NCBI GenBank assembly: GCA_030295235.1
Contig: AP026162.1
Coordinates: forward strand, 620,001 to 684,000
Length of the DNA: 64,000 bases
Source of the DNA: Fistulifera solaris
Lineage: Eukaryota
Reading direction: 5' to 3'
A model generated the notes under the pieces. The model saw nothing but the letters and a program-made list of their open reading frames with translations, searched no databases and was not told where the DNA came from. Positions 63,071-64,000 of the stretch are shown here, one piece after another; the first letter of the stretch is position 1, and every line of letters begins with the position of its first letter. The position numbers were made by a program, and so were the translations under genes.

Positions 63071-64000
63071 CTACTGGAGCCATAAAAAAGGCTTTCCAGG
63101 AGTCGAATTTTCGGCCAGATTATTGGGGGCATCGGTAGCTTCATCAGTCCCTAGTTTGACGACGTTTAATTCTGAAACGTTTACTTGCTTCATGATATAT
63201 TCCTTGACCTCATCCAATAAAGCCTTTTGATCGAAGGGCATTTGAACATCCATAGCGGACGCCCCAACATCTTGAACTTCACTTTTCACGAAGGATGCGT
63301 ATTGCATCGTGTTCTTCAATAGCTTTTTGTCCGAAACATTTTTCGCAGCCCAATCTTTAAGGTCTTTTCCGAAGGTAGAAGAGAAGCCCGTGTCCGGTTG
63401 ATACTGCTCTTGCATCCAAACCATAACGCTGACCTTCCAGTCAGGGAATGTATCAGACACAAGAATTGTTGCCTTGCTGTAGCTTTTCTTATGTTTTCCT
63501 GCGGTAGCACGGAAATCTCTCAAGCTGGAACTCAAAAATTTTATTTGCCTAGTTAGAATCTTGTCTTCTTCATTCGCTTCCGGCCATGGAGCATGCACGG
63601 CCAAACCAGCTTCCCCGATTTCCTTCCAGAGACTTTCTGACCTAAATTGGTGTAAGAAGTACAATCGATTAGCCTAATGAGGTATACGAACGTATGCTTA
63701 TTGACCACGGCATCACTTACCAGTGCGGGCAAATTGGACAAATCATTATGATGACACTTCGTGCCCACTTTCGAATCACATCGGCATGCATTGCTACGTT
63801 ACTATCTTTGCACCAAGAGCGGTAAAAGTCACGAGCAATCAACATTTCGAACCAACCCTGTTTCAAGCCCTCTTTAAATTGCATCGTCGAGAAAGCTTTC
63901 GCCGTGGCTTCGATGTGTCGGTTCGTTTCATTAATTAAAATCTTGTCCATTGTATTCATTTCACCTGAGCGGAGATCCGAAGAGGACAACGTTTCTTTGA
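63071..64000 (-). CDS. LARS: Leucine--tRNA ligase, cytosolic type, 3' portion (5' part outside the window)
   Basis: MQFKEGLKQGWFEMLIARDFYR, ICPICPHWSESLW, HAPWP, TPGKP. Intron 63642-63720. Confidence 0.9.

Overview
Compact eukaryotic nuclear DNA, almost certainly a diatom or close ochrophyte: short GT-AG introns (mostly 60-85 nt), several bipartite signal+F plastid presequences, and diatom-type hypothetical families. About 29 protein-coding genes: ABC1 kinase, ClpS, ribokinase, Mn-type CDF, SAP/DEAD-box helicase, Clp1, TPR proteins, organellar TrpRS, ABCF, START/SRPBCC protein, ADP/ATP carrier, CRC (tesmin/LIN54-like) protein, Sec10-like, CtIP/Sae2-like gene plus a tandem paralogue, GatC-like, LRR-like, histone H1, PEN-2, ankyrin protein, ornithine cyclodeaminase, a large repeat protein, SGTA-like, HSF-like and the 3' end of LeuRS. 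I recognised no tRNA, rRNA, transposon or CRISPR array. About 25 single-base indels, nearly all in homopolymers, break more than half of the genes and are most likely long-read assembly errors. Repairing them by eye reveals domains the ORF track hides: a C-terminal F-box on the CRC protein and a Sae2/CtIP domain on an NZF zinc-finger protein. Other leads are a recurrent intergenic palindrome TACCWGGTA, a tail-anchored CtIP paralogue, and a TPxR-xTR-S/N-R repeat protein. All family calls come from motif recognition, with no database searches run.
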